IMG/VR virus record: IMGVR_UViG_3300030106_005509
Location: 32,001 to 96,000 of that record
DNA: 64,000 nucleotides
From: a virus
Reading direction: 5' to 3' (one strand)
A model generated the notes under the pieces. It saw only the letters and a program-made list of their open reading frames with translations. It ran no database searches and was not told where the DNA came from. Below, piece after piece: positions 31,501-39,281 of this stretch. How positions within the stretch are numbered: the stretch's first letter is position 1; the number at the start of each line of letters is the position of its first letter. The translations under genes were made by a program, and so were the position numbers.

Positions 31501-34463
31501 ACTGGAACGTACCTCAGTGTATCATTAATGGTCCTACTTCTGGTATCACAGGTTATTGCAGGTATAAGGTTCGTGGTCCTGCGGGAAGCGATGCCGCTCC
31601 AAATACTATAAAACCTTTTGATTGCAACAAACCCGCACCTCCAATAGAAGAATTACATCAAACTACTACTGTTGCCTATTGTCACTCTCTTGATGATGAG
31701 GGAACCTGCGAAGGAAAAGAGTTAGATGAATTTTGTTACGCAGAAGCATTCCCAGAGGGCTGTACTGGTGAGTTCATTCCCGGAGGGCGAGGGGCTGAAT
31801 TTTCAGGCACAGAATGGGATATGGACAATTGTCCAGCACAGCCAGCTGATCTTGATTGGGTTGGTAGCACTCCTACTGTAGATCTTCGCCGTCATGTAAA
31901 TCCTTCTGCTGGGTTTAACGATTGTTATAGCATAGGCTCCAATATTGATTTTGTATTTTCAGACCCAAGTGTTTGTGATGCTGCTTTTCCATGTACAGAG
32001 TGTTGTGAGTTTAATCCTACTCCTGCTGGATACCATAGAGTATTTGGAGGAACACAAAGAACAGACTATATCACTTGTGCCGTAGCTAACGAATTAACAT
32101 CACGTTACGATGGCGGTCCTTATGGTCTTGGAGGTACTCAAATTCCTGATGGTAGATTCATAAACCTACAAGGAGGAAAGCACCCTGAAAACTTTGAGGT
32201 TGTAGGAGCTTATCCTAATGACTATGGTACAGCTCTCGTAGTTAAGAAAAACAACAGGAACACTTGCGGGTGGCAAAAAGGAACTCCTGTTAGCATAGGC
32301 TTAGCTGATAAATATGAAGCGGAGCATGGAAACTTATTGCAAAGCACAAGAAATAAGCTCAGCAGAAACTGGAATAGAGATGCAAATGGGCGAATGGTCA
32401 CTAGTTTATCAGAAAAAATACCAAACGGAGAAGTTAGATATGCTAGAAATCCAAACTCTGAGTACATGGAAATAATAGTTAAAGATGGCGCTCAGTTAGT
32501 CAGTCGCGCACATGCTGTCAATAATGAATTTTGGGATGCAGTTGCACACAAGCGTCCTATTGATAGACATGGAGATAATGCTTTTTCTGGATGGCCTTAT
32601 GACGGAAAGTTAGGAGGTCTTTCGGGTCTGGTCGCTCCTCAAAGTGATACCAGAGTTCCCTCAACAAGAGCAAACGACCTGCATATGGAAAGGCTTGGAC
32701 AAACCTATATTCGTAACGGAAGAAGAGGTTTTCATCCAACAATGTCAAACATATTAGATGACACAAAGGCTGTTTTCCTATCTGAAATACCAAAGATGGA
32801 TGTTAGCTATCCAGACAACGACACATCAAAATCACCAAAGGTTGTTTATTACAATGAGATGAATATGTCTTTGAGTATTATCAACATCGAAAATATATAT
32901 GATCCAGAACAGTCTTATTGCACAAACCCTAAATTTACAGACGAAGCAGATTGTAATGAACAGGGCGTTTGTAAAAAGATTGATATGTCAAAACCTGAGT
33001 CAAACTATATTGTTGAGACGACTGATAATAAAACTGATTGTGAAGACAAAGCAGCTAGCGATCCTGATTACAGCTGGGTGAGAACATCTTGGTGGAAGCC
33101 AAAATTCTTGTATACAGAGTTTACTACACATAGAAATCACGATCTTCTAGACGGAGAGAGGATAATAATAAGTGGTAGTAGGACTCATGAAGCTAAGTGT
33201 CTTAATATTAAAAATCTTCCTCCAGATCCAGCGGGTAGTGCCGGAGGAGGCTCAAGAGGCGACCTCCCACAAGGCTGGGAAATGTCTGATGTCGATCAGA
33301 ACATATGTGAAAGTGTACTCGGTGGTACTTGGTCTTTTGACTTTAGTGATATGGATACAGCCAAAAAGGGATGTCCTCCATTATGTGACTTAGACAAGCT
33401 TATTGGAAGAAACACATGTGGTGAAAACGAATGTCCAGACTGCGTATTTATACCAGCCCATTGTGAGGACGATCAATATAAGAATAAAGTAGAATGTGAA
33501 GCTAACGGAAAAGAGTGGATTGAAGATGACGAGTATTGTTTTAGGTCTTCATTTGATGGACATCGTATTGTTGGAAGTGTTCAAGATGACGAAGGCGCAA
33601 CAGTACTAAATAAGTTCACAATAGTCAAAGATTCTAGAATTACTTTTAGGGGTACATCAGCTGCTTATCGTAGCAGTTTTGTAGACATCACAAAAGTTGG
33701 TGAAACCGGACCTGTGGGTCCTGATGAAAACGGATGTGGGCATATTAATAATGAACAAGAGTGTAATGCACATACCGCAACCGCAAACTGTAAGTGGAGA
33801 AATGACAATACTCTTGTAGCTGGAGGAGAATGTTATCACTTAAGTGAGTGTGCTAAGCTAAAAGGTCAAAACGATGCTTGCTCAGCTAGTCCGTGGTGTA
33901 CAGTTGATGTCGATGAAGATGGCACTGACATTTGTGTTGGCGGGGTCACTCGAATGGATGAGCATTGGAAGCAAACTACTGCTGCTACAGATATGAATGA
34001 TGCTTTAAGAAATCATCATGGCATAAGTATGGGATCTCCATCTGATTTATACAGAGGTGAAGAGTACTTTATTCCAACAGCGGACAGTGCTGGCAACTAC
34101 GGCCCATACTTTGGTGGACAATGGAGTAGAGGTGGTGGTACTTTTAATATAAGAGTTGGGCAGGAAGTAGCTCTTGATGATTGTAGACAAGGCGGATCTG
34201 ATACACCGACAAATCTTAAATTTGTATTTCCAATGGCTGATGAACTTTGTAATCATTATTTACCAGCGATTGATACAGATATATCACCTTTAAGAGGTTA
34301 TGGGCCTTATACAGAGCCTACAATGGATATTAATAGACCTTTTGGGTTCCCTGCAAGAGCGTTTTTGCGTGTAGATATCCATGAAGGAAGTTCGCCTGTT
34401 GATGACTTTGATTATCCGTGGACAAGAGAAGGACAAGCAGACTACAAGGAGGAAAATGAGTAA
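25509..34463 (+). CDS. giant cysteine-rich virion or tail-fibre-like protein (2984 aa)
   Basis: About 115 Cys by manual count; recurrent ExxCExxGGxW units; two FCCH-like beta domains of the kind seen in phage tail proteins (IEAASNTTPIVVRSTGHSLKDGDHIQV; TTHRNHDLLDGERIII). Confidence 0.7.
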   Translation: MGIGDNFDTSNIGLRNARTGRKSGHGHSWMDDNGGHPCNIGCGCKEVFYGAEGNCSLPPEIRVSILQVPSYCSDNNTDPETTNNVTTVFGESATADKTATQCEANNGVCKKDGAEIFQFNREGTIIEIVDKYTCEDPVAGGTWETSGTFHKTSRTVARAKQESADSFLLRYKNGAWRGRRACRQTPDPYLNDSGSSYRMFGKEGHIYDPVGGATPGARFGRTSRGKGTVPRIDSMLGEAPREAKFGTHSLRSFLIEWLPNDVPYGTAEPVHIQKMKNIILMGSEETDTDIMDKLGASFDEIDVPDEDPINKVTAKAGKLTKVIATANPFLENYKEAIAVLHESNDSYDENLGCLQNGERFHIPHACARLLPNGDMEMASKRYQVCYKEVCTGANETSKLACEGKGGAWDIQFISDSEPTAGHETSCEASGGKTFTGLKYLDESECAEEAKCLTEDDDEESSTFGELIDAEDDDGNVITDKYECLARSIGNTYKELDPADIPSVGDFGGTVEPINHWTHEWQELHTDDAAAITNKLDLIIGSSYSAGNACCDGHIDRKSPGWHNSIRNANQYGSRAAEVQNTCTGEYEEVTLIPGRPSGSVVDLLGGTGGGPSFHSSQRADQAQYDDISMGGFTLVHKPCTFYGNCFAEGAEDAGVGQVTVLRIPMDQIMNCSNLRLTDAQDKTFGWKEQFGWWGNPAGFYPGDPQEEKDIPFTGRHLNYCHTRGGMGDGNDDGIADWTSIGKQTHSFYGNAGGEHWDTHGNTNFNFGSCAIALYWENQMGLVPHNSRSFHKPGDWALRKLNLQPQPFKATEAKQNSYKSLREAQRDKNLFDLWLNSFFLGGDIDQVLVSGILGGQRLHWHSLAYWFEHDWIAYDLFRDAQGKIRVGDLKVHFKRIGDELKRANAGKMGRFDHGGMGSTGGPRQYPIWNIFDHPRKRTDGWLEDGEYPDDHWEKDNGFKEGYTWHLITHAKTILGPHASMMADVYHNRKEKGKIHDSLDYWGRTGLYPTADEPSYVVNTCLGAGPGEKIIEAASNTTPIVVRSTGHSLKDGDHIQVKEVSGNLSANVMTLREFMEEQWGKKLAAKCKAETCDDPYYPFAVCPCNGSKSYKDDSGVDHCSGVIIDGEDPLPADFFVVKVINSDEFALYTCDGFPVDGRVNTLIGADFAKCESSNPDLFPRLCASTFSSAHEVPTTNSTVTLNNGKYEVVSAAETKFENESTCQSYGNCLLFNPPYGTGTTLTESECSLLASQYDHIDVDVKDGAVTYKYYELTGGAGPACGNECFEPLQWITEKNLEAMQGKGTDPEEGGLSNYPYCPFTGYWRQSDIVDPYMGPPKNDYRIGWKEFYKKDTSKAEDYYVWMDQEETCPVCCDHFMPKKLKATVAGHAAHGASTMLNSLMLIGSVTTTMHDPDSDVCMERPSGSNGGWSESSDIKDGMSGVPAEESWQDQCNSDDETERELVKGKKQQEVPCGINKCTGEFHPHVINYWGLPVGGEFCCDCGTYNTEPLNWGPNNKPAGPGHHKCFKCSNAIRFNDNWTGLGGHISHPDSSVWEWATSGALVDKNRALCCEAECNPGAGAGTYPTAQMVMDAAPDGCNHTIGSLTCKTMDVGGGGGEGGDDGEGEGGDDGGDGGDGGDGGGGGDDPGDADGGDDSGGSTYEMCICGEDTGEASQEGIPCFGFPNGRPMKCEPPEITGYQMAGCPSGKGEVHSNAEAQGDGCGDPNVFAMPTTECYDFVPRQGIGYTGGDYDIKDGCSGLSSTTIDLNYNGSHWVSNWEPMMGDSPSTRKLGSGKTHTEFVGGMSCNHYPNVGAQSICAAGYPGCVAYDKDTCKVCGGKWLNPEPFRLAESTGGDSDLPMDGNCGQCATRSFTGYIKGSNLGPPVPTPSKDAFLMRFRLGCGGNFQQYYGSDVLKNGDYYQNNQLNMYIEVSSCKYNSCNKLAAFNAFRPPCPNSLIINDPKNSGGLTVDRDGKIEDTISRTISGGSGGDFKLAVNGGDPYWNVPQCIINGPTSGITGYCRYKVRGPAGSDAAPNTIKPFDCNKPAPPIEELHQTTTVAYCHSLDDEGTCEGKELDEFCYAEAFPEGCTGEFIPGGRGAEFSGTEWDMDNCPAQPADLDWVGSTPTVDLRRHVNPSAGFNDCYSIGSNIDFVFSDPSVCDAAFPCTECCEFNPTPAGYHRVFGGTQRTDYITCAVANELTSRYDGGPYGLGGTQIPDGRFINLQGGKHPENFEVVGAYPNDYGTALVVKKNNRNTCGWQKGTPVSIGLADKYEAEHGNLLQSTRNKLSRNWNRDANGRMVTSLSEKIPNGEVRYARNPNSEYMEIIVKDGAQLVSRAHAVNNEFWDAVAHKRPIDRHGDNAFSGWPYDGKLGGLSGLVAPQSDTRVPSTRANDLHMERLGQTYIRNGRRGFHPTMSNILDDTKAVFLSEIPKMDVSYPDNDTSKSPKVVYYNEMNMSLSIINIENIYDPEQSYCTNPKFTDEADCNEQGVCKKIDMSKPESNYIVETTDNKTDCEDKAASDPDYSWVRTSWWKPKFLYTEFTTHRNHDLLDGERIIISGSRTHEAKCLNIKNLPPDPAGSAGGGSRGDLPQGWEMSDVDQNICESVLGGTWSFDFSDMDTAKKGCPPLCDLDKLIGRNTCGENECPDCVFIPAHCEDDQYKNKVECEANGKEWIEDDEYCFRSSFDGHRIVGSVQDDEGATVLNKFTIVKDSRITFRGTSAAYRSSFVDITKVGETGPVGPDENGCGHINNEQECNAHTATANCKWRNDNTLVAGGECYHLSECAKLKGQNDACSASPWCTVDVDEDGTDICVGGVTRMDEHWKQTTAATDMNDALRNHHGISMGSPSDLYRGEEYFIPTADSAGNYGPYFGGQWSRGGGTFNIRVGQEVALDDCRQGGSDTPTNLKFVFPMADELCNHYLPAIDTDISPLRGYGPYTEPTMDINRPFGFPARAFLRVDIHEGSSPVDDFDYPWTREGQADYKEENE
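30336..30478 (+). repeat. GC-rich Gly/Asp low-complexity tract with a (GGTGGCGAC)x3 tandem repeat
   Basis: Encodes GGGGGEGGDDGEGEGGDDGGDGGDGGDGGGGGDDPGDADGGDDSGGS; the 9-bp unit occurs three times at 30390-30416. Confidence 0.9.
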
Positions 34464-35047
34464 TGGCTTGTAATAACTGTAATAAAAAATGGCTTACATC
34501 TCATGGGTCTAAGCCGGACACCCACAAAACTAAAGGTTTTTTTGGAGATGACGGCGAATTACCACAAACAGAAGCCATATCTATTGACCTTTTAACAAAT
34601 AAACTAACACCATGTGAGTGCGATTTGACTGAAGATGGTGGTGGTGTACACTGCGAGAGACATAAGTGCTGGAAAACTCCAGACCTCGTACAGTTATGCC
34701 AAAAGAGAAAAGACTATTTTGATTTATGGGAGCAGGGCGTAGGACCTCTTCAAGACATGTATCAAAATGTTATGAAAGAAGGCACTAAAACTTCTATAGA
34801 AACTGCTGAGCTAGAGCAGAAAACGCTAGAAGAAGAGTATTTTATGGGAGATCCTCATATCCCTAAAAAATCTAGAGGATTGGGCGATACAGTCGCAAAA
34901 ATCACCAAAGCTACAGGTATAAAAGCCACTGTGGATAAGGTGTTTGATTCTATAGACAAAGACTGTGGTTGCAAAGAGAGACAAAGTAAACTGAACAAGC
35001 TTTTCCCCTATGGTAAGCGCAAGAAAACAAAAGGCTTTTTTGAATAA
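34463..35047 (+). CDS. Cys-rich hypothetical protein with a C-terminal SRGLGDT...DCGC..R..KLN.LFPY motif
   Basis: TAATG overlap with the upstream gene; N-terminal CxxC. I recognise the C-terminal motif from uncultured phage small proteins. Confidence 0.7.
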   Translation: MACNNCNKKWLTSHGSKPDTHKTKGFFGDDGELPQTEAISIDLLTNKLTPCECDLTEDGGGVHCERHKCWKTPDLVQLCQKRKDYFDLWEQGVGPLQDMYQNVMKEGTKTSIETAELEQKTLEEEYFMGDPHIPKKSRGLGDTVAKITKATGIKATVDKVFDSIDKDCGCKERQSKLNKLFPYGKRKKTKGFFE

Positions 35048-35048
35048 T

Positions 35049-35062
35049 GGTGTATAATATAT
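35049..35062 (+). promoter_or_regulatory. candidate promoter (GGTGTATAATATAT)
   Basis: Perfect TATAAT at 35053-35058 in a 43-bp intergenic gap, followed by an AAAGGAG RBS; no canonical -35. Confidence 0.4.
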
Positions 35063-35090
35063 TAGTAGATAAACTCCAAAGGAGATAGAT

Positions 35091-35801
35091 ATGGCCTCAA
35101 TTAATTTTTATGCTGGTGATACAGCTGTTAACCACCTTTCTGGCTCAGGGCTAGGGTTTTTTGGTGGTTCTTTTGGTGCATCAGTTGAAATAAATAAATT
35201 TCAAGACACTACCTTTATAACAGACGGAAATGGTACTGTCCAAGGTGGTGCAGCTAACAATGTAAAATATTCAACAGACAGTCTAGGCTTTGCTGCTGGC
35301 GTAGTTCCAGCTACAGGTTTAAAGTATATACCAAACTCAAAAGCGACTGCTAACATTAGATTCACAAATAGCACTTCGGTTAGAACTCAGAATGTAAGAC
35401 TGAGAATTTTTGATAGAACAAATAAAAACCATCCTGCTAGTGGTGTTATTACTAGAGTTTGCGAACTGATTCATCCTCAGACTTCTTATGATATTGAAGG
35501 CTCTGGAGATGCTACTTGGTGGGGAGGATCAACGCATACCGGTACAGACGCTCAGGGGACGTTTACAGGCGCTCCAAACCCAAGCGATAGGTTACCCGCA
35601 GGTACTAACACAGTGGGCGGTAGCGGCATCCTAGTACCTCTGTCGCAATCTCCCGGCCCTAGCGGTATTTTTGCAGGTGACGGATCTTCAAACACTGGTC
35701 AATATACGCAACACGACTGGTACGTTGGTATTTCTGCCTCGCCAGACAGCGTTGGAAGTAAGACACTATACGGTCTATATGTGGAACTAGAGTACCTGTA
35801 A
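35091..35801 (+). CDS. hypothetical, probably structural, protein (236 aa, Gly/Ser/Thr-rich)
   Basis: Strong AAAGGAG RBS; beta-rich composition; last gene of the plus-strand block. Confidence 0.65.
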   Translation: MASINFYAGDTAVNHLSGSGLGFFGGSFGASVEINKFQDTTFITDGNGTVQGGAANNVKYSTDSLGFAAGVVPATGLKYIPNSKATANIRFTNSTSVRTQNVRLRIFDRTNKNHPASGVITRVCELIHPQTSYDIEGSGDATWWGGSTHTGTDAQGTFTGAPNPSDRLPAGTNTVGGSGILVPLSQSPGPSGIFAGDGSSNTGQYTQHDWYVGISASPDSVGSKTLYGLYVELEYL

Positions 35802-35826
35802 ACAAAACCTCGTCTAGATTCTACAT

Positions 35827-35864
35827 AAAAAAAGCCCGACTCTCGCGAGACGGGCTTTTCTTTT
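35827..35864. terminator. bidirectional intrinsic terminator between the convergent gene blocks
   Basis: AAAAAAAGCCCG-AC-TCTCGCGAGA-CGGGCTTTTCTTTT: GC stem with an A-run on one side and a T-run on the other. Confidence 0.85.
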
Positions 35865-35875
35865 CCATTGACTTA

Positions 35876-36211
35876 TTATTCTTCCTTTTGTGTATCAGGA
35901 TTCCATTTGACCCATCCTCGGTCATTAAGCCAATTACCTTCCTTATCTTTTCGTCGAGGGAATAGTCTTCCACCCTTCTTCATCACACCGAAGGATAGCT
36001 TAGCTCCGCAATCCATACAGCGTAATTCGTAGTAAAGGTTATCCTCTACTGTGCGAACTTGGAAGCGAACATTTTCACTTCCACATTTTCCACAAACAGA
36101 CTCATCAAATATTTCTTGAAAGTGAGCTAATTGCTCAAAAATTTCAATCTGAGTATCTGCTTCAATATCGACGTTAATACGTCCCGATAGGTTAGTGTAG
36201 TTAACTTTCAT
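35876..36211 (-). CDS. zinc-ribbon protein (CxxC...CxxC)
   Basis: CGKCGS and CMDCGA pairs; 111 aa. Confidence 0.7.
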   Translation of the reverse strand: MKVNYTNLSGRINVDIEADTQIEIFEQLAHFQEIFDESVCGKCGSENVRFQVRTVEDNLYYELRCMDCGAKLSFGVMKKGGRLFPRRKDKEGNWLNDRGWVKWNPDTQKEE

Positions 36212-37087
36212 TTAACTTCTCCAATTCTTATAACCCTTGATGTTGTTTGGTATTTCTTTGTTGCTATTTTGATAGTTATTCAAATGTTTAACCATCATTT
36301 TAGCACAATCTTTGGTGACATCGTTAATACTATTGTAAGTATTTTCACCTATATTGATGAACTTCAAAATGTCAATGTCTAACTGAGAACACTTAGTGTC
36401 AATAAATTGAATCTGTTGCAAGCTGATTCTGCTATCATCTGTAACAGTAACAGATTGCTGTACAATTTCAACAATATCTTTCTTAGCTAACTCTTCAGCC
36501 GCTAGACATCTTACCTTCAAAGCTTTTCGTAACGCTCTTCCTTCTGCTCTGGTTGATGCCGTTGCTACAGGATGAGCGCAGAACAAGTCGTCTGTATTTC
36601 CGTGCCAAACATCGGCAACGTCCTTCCAAACTCTAATCTCTCCAGAATTCATCCAGTTAAAGGCAACCTTATAAAGAACAGTAGCTCTGCCCGGCCCTAA
36701 AGCGTCTGTTGCTGGAAATACCTGTTCTGGGCCAGATTCGATTACATCGCCAAGCAACAACTCAGCAACTCTTCTTAGTCCAGCACAAATAGGGTTTCCT
36801 TCAACAAGTTCATTCTTCTGAAAATGACTCATTACATAGTCGCTCCACTCTGGAGATCCGTATGTAGGACTTTCATCTTCGGGATCTTGAGAAATCAATT
36901 CGCTCTCTGTCACCTCGGTGAGAGAGGGTTCATCCTCAAAAACTTCTTCAAATAATGTTTGTTCAGACATCATTTCCTCCACTAACTTAACCAAATCAGA
37001 CTTCTTGGCTCCACTAGGAATCGCACAGTTATGTGCCTCAAGAAGTGTTTTCAATTCTTTAATAGGCTTTTTATTGTAATCTATCAT
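36212..37087 (-). CDS. HeH/LEM-like N-terminal domain plus putative Rad52/Sak-like ssDNA-annealing domain
   Basis: N-terminal IKELKTLLEAHNCAIPSGAKKSDLVKLV (helix-extension-helix); ATASTRAEGRALRKAL resembles the A.T.A..RA helix of Rad52-like SSAPs. Confidence 0.5.
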   Translation of the reverse strand: MIDYNKKPIKELKTLLEAHNCAIPSGAKKSDLVKLVEEMMSEQTLFEEVFEDEPSLTEVTESELISQDPEDESPTYGSPEWSDYVMSHFQKNELVEGNPICAGLRRVAELLLGDVIESGPEQVFPATDALGPGRATVLYKVAFNWMNSGEIRVWKDVADVWHGNTDDLFCAHPVATASTRAEGRALRKALKVRCLAAEELAKKDIVEIVQQSVTVTDDSRISLQQIQFIDTKCSQLDIDILKFINIGENTYNSINDVTKDCAKMMVKHLNNYQNSNKEIPNNIKGYKNWRS

Positions 37088-37872
37088 GCTTCTATTTCAA
37101 TTAGTCTTTTTGCCGATGAAGGGAATTTTTTATCAATTTTTTTAAGCTCATCAATAACTTGATTGAGAATATCTCTCATGCGTTTCTGGGAGATGTTTTT
37201 AATCAAGTTTTTGACACGTAGAATCACGTAGCCTCTGTTGATAAGCATACCAGCTTTTTGAGCATCTGCCCGAATATGTTTCTGTAGACTCTCTTCTCCC
37301 CAGATTGGGAGAAAGTGAGCTGGGCCGTCAATCTCTATTGCCGTTTTTAATCCCGGCACAAACAAATCGACTTCCATATTGTCGTTTGGAATCAGACCCT
37401 TCTTATGAAAGATAACATCAAAACCATGCGAGGTCAAACCCTCATATATAAATTTTTCAATTTTAGAACCTTCTTTACTGGCTTTTCTGACAGCTTCAGC
37501 AGCCAGCTTTCTAAGATGCGCTTTGTCTTCTTCCGACATAGAAGCCCACTGATCTTTAGATATCTTAGATCTTCTCTTGCGTTCTGAGTCATCCATTTCA
37601 TCCCAGAAGTGTGACATGCCGTTGCTAATCGCTATTTTTTCGGCTTGTGTTCTTTTCTTACCTCTAGTAGGATGTTCGTGACGACCATTCTCTATAGCTA
37701 CCGTCTGAGCTGTGCTACGATTTCTCAAGTCTACCCCAAGAGTTATTAAGGTTCTTCTTATTTTATTGGCATAAGTACCTAGCTCTTGAGCTATCTCATA
37801 TGTGCTTTTCTTATGGTTTACATATTGATCTATTATAAACTCTTTGTACTTTTCTAGAAATTGACTAGACAT
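37084..37872 (-). CDS. DUF559/Vsr-like endonuclease with N-terminal HTH and NUMOD-like segments (homing-endonuclease-like)
   Basis: STYEIAQELGT HTH; GKKRT...KIAIS; EVDLFVP...AIEIDGPAH...D..K...GYVILRV. Confidence 0.7.
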   Translation of the reverse strand: MSSQFLEKYKEFIIDQYVNHKKSTYEIAQELGTYANKIRRTLITLGVDLRNRSTAQTVAIENGRHEHPTRGKKRTQAEKIAISNGMSHFWDEMDDSERKRRSKISKDQWASMSEEDKAHLRKLAAEAVRKASKEGSKIEKFIYEGLTSHGFDVIFHKKGLIPNDNMEVDLFVPGLKTAIEIDGPAHFLPIWGEESLQKHIRADAQKAGMLINRGYVILRVKNLIKNISQKRMRDILNQVIDELKKIDKKFPSSAKRLIEIEA

Positions 37873-38341
37873 TATTTATTATCTCCATTAATTGTTCTGT
37901 GTTAAAGTTTTCAACTATTCCGTGAACATCTCTGTTTGAATAGTTTTTAATTGCCTTTGCGTGATCTTCGCTTCTGGCTATTAGCTTGACATCATCAATA
38001 CAAAAAGCCTGAATCATAGTTTCAAAAGATTCGTCTTTCTTTCTTATCCACTCCAAGTCCCAAACGTAAAAGAATCTACTTTCAGCGGCAAAGGTTTTAG
38101 AAATTGATAGGGCTGTAGAAGCAGAGGTGGCTACTAAGGAACCATCAAAGCTCCATATTTCATTTACGCACATAGACGCAAAACTCATAGGAACAAAAAC
38201 TGAGGTGTAGTTTTCAAAAAACGCTACAAAATCGGTGTCATTGTTCTCTATATACCTGTTGGTATTTTTTATCATGTTGAATGAAAGTTGGCTTGCGCTA
38301 AGCTCCTCAACTAGGAATCCAACCTTTTTAGTTTTTTGCAT
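37865..38341 (-). CDS. hypothetical protein (possibly a GT-B-like fragment)
   Basis: 158 aa, overlapping both neighbours; LVATS...FFYVWDLEW. Confidence 0.55.
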   Translation of the reverse strand: MQKTKKVGFLVEELSASQLSFNMIKNTNRYIENNDTDFVAFFENYTSVFVPMSFASMCVNEIWSFDGSLVATSASTALSISKTFAAESRFFYVWDLEWIRKKDESFETMIQAFCIDDVKLIARSEDHAKAIKNYSNRDVHGIVENFNTEQLMEIINNV

Positions 38342-39281
38342 CAGCTTCCTCTTTGTTTTGTATATACCATTTTATTGTTTTTCTTATTCCGTCGTAGGTT
38401 GACAGAGGATCTATGTCGATGATTTTTCTCATTCTGGTTGTATCTAAAAGTTTTTTCATCTGGCCGTCTGGCTTATCAGTATTCCAATAAACTTCGCCGG
38501 TATAACTTATTGCTTCTACTATAATTTCTACAAGTTCTTTTATGCTGATATCTTTACCAGTACCTATATTAAGAGGTATTGAGCTGTCCTCGTATTTCTC
38601 TAAAGCTTGCACAACTGCTTCACCAGCGTCATCTACATACATAAACTCTCTCATGGGAGCGCCTGTCCCCCAACATTCGACTTCATCTTCTGCGTCAATA
38701 TCCGCCTCTACAAACTTCCTTATCAGCGCGCCTACAACTTTTGTTCTAACTAAGTTGAAGGTGTCATTTGGTCCGTATAAATTTGTTACGCAAGCAGTTA
38801 CTGATTTTAAATCGTATTGCTCCCCATAAGCCTCGGCTGCTGTTTGCAACGTTCTTTTTGCAATCCCATGCGCTCTGATTGTTTTATTCGGAAGACCATC
38901 CCAAAAGGTGTCCTCCTTTAACAATTCCATACCCGTGTCTGGATAAGCGCAGGAGGTCATGATGGAAAGGACTTTTTTGACTTTCATATACTCACATGCG
39001 TGATGTAAATTTAATCCCATAACTGTATTTGCATATAGGATGTCGGCAGGATACATTCTGTTAAACTCGATGCCGCCGTTATATCCAGCTGCGTGTATGC
39101 AATAGTCCGGTTTAGTTGACTCTAAAAAGAGTATAGTCTCTTCAATATCTAAAAGGTTTACAGTGTCAGAGTTCACCGCTATGACTTCTGCGCCTCTAGT
39201 TTCTAGGGCTTTGCATATGCCCCTTCCAAAAAAACCAGTTCCGCCAGTTACTAATACCTTTGAACCTTCTAAGTCTATCAT
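38328..39281 (-). CDS. fcl: GDP-L-fucose synthase-like epimerase/reductase with substituted catalytic residues
   Basis: VTGGTGFFG, HAAGYNGGIEFN...PAD, SCAYP, NLYGPND, WGTGAPMREFMYVDD, KPDGQMKK. The YxxxK motif reads HGIAK. Confidence 0.8.
   Translation of the reverse strand: MIDLEGSKVLVTGGTGFFGRGICKALETRGAEVIAVNSDTVNLLDIEETILFLESTKPDYCIHAAGYNGGIEFNRMYPADILYANTVMGLNLHHACEYMKVKKVLSIMTSCAYPDTGMELLKEDTFWDGLPNKTIRAHGIAKRTLQTAAEAYGEQYDLKSVTACVTNLYGPNDTFNLVRTKVVGALIRKFVEADIDAEDEVECWGTGAPMREFMYVDDAGEAVVQALEKYEDSSIPLNIGTGKDISIKELVEIIVEAISYTGEVYWNTDKPDGQMKKLLDTTRMRKIIDIDPLSTYDGIRKTIKWYIQNKEEADAKN

Noticed and set aside
715-33839. Many short antisense or alternate-frame ORFs inside the long plus-strand genes
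   Set aside because: They are shadows of long ORFs with coherent motifs, with no evident RBS or recognisable domains.
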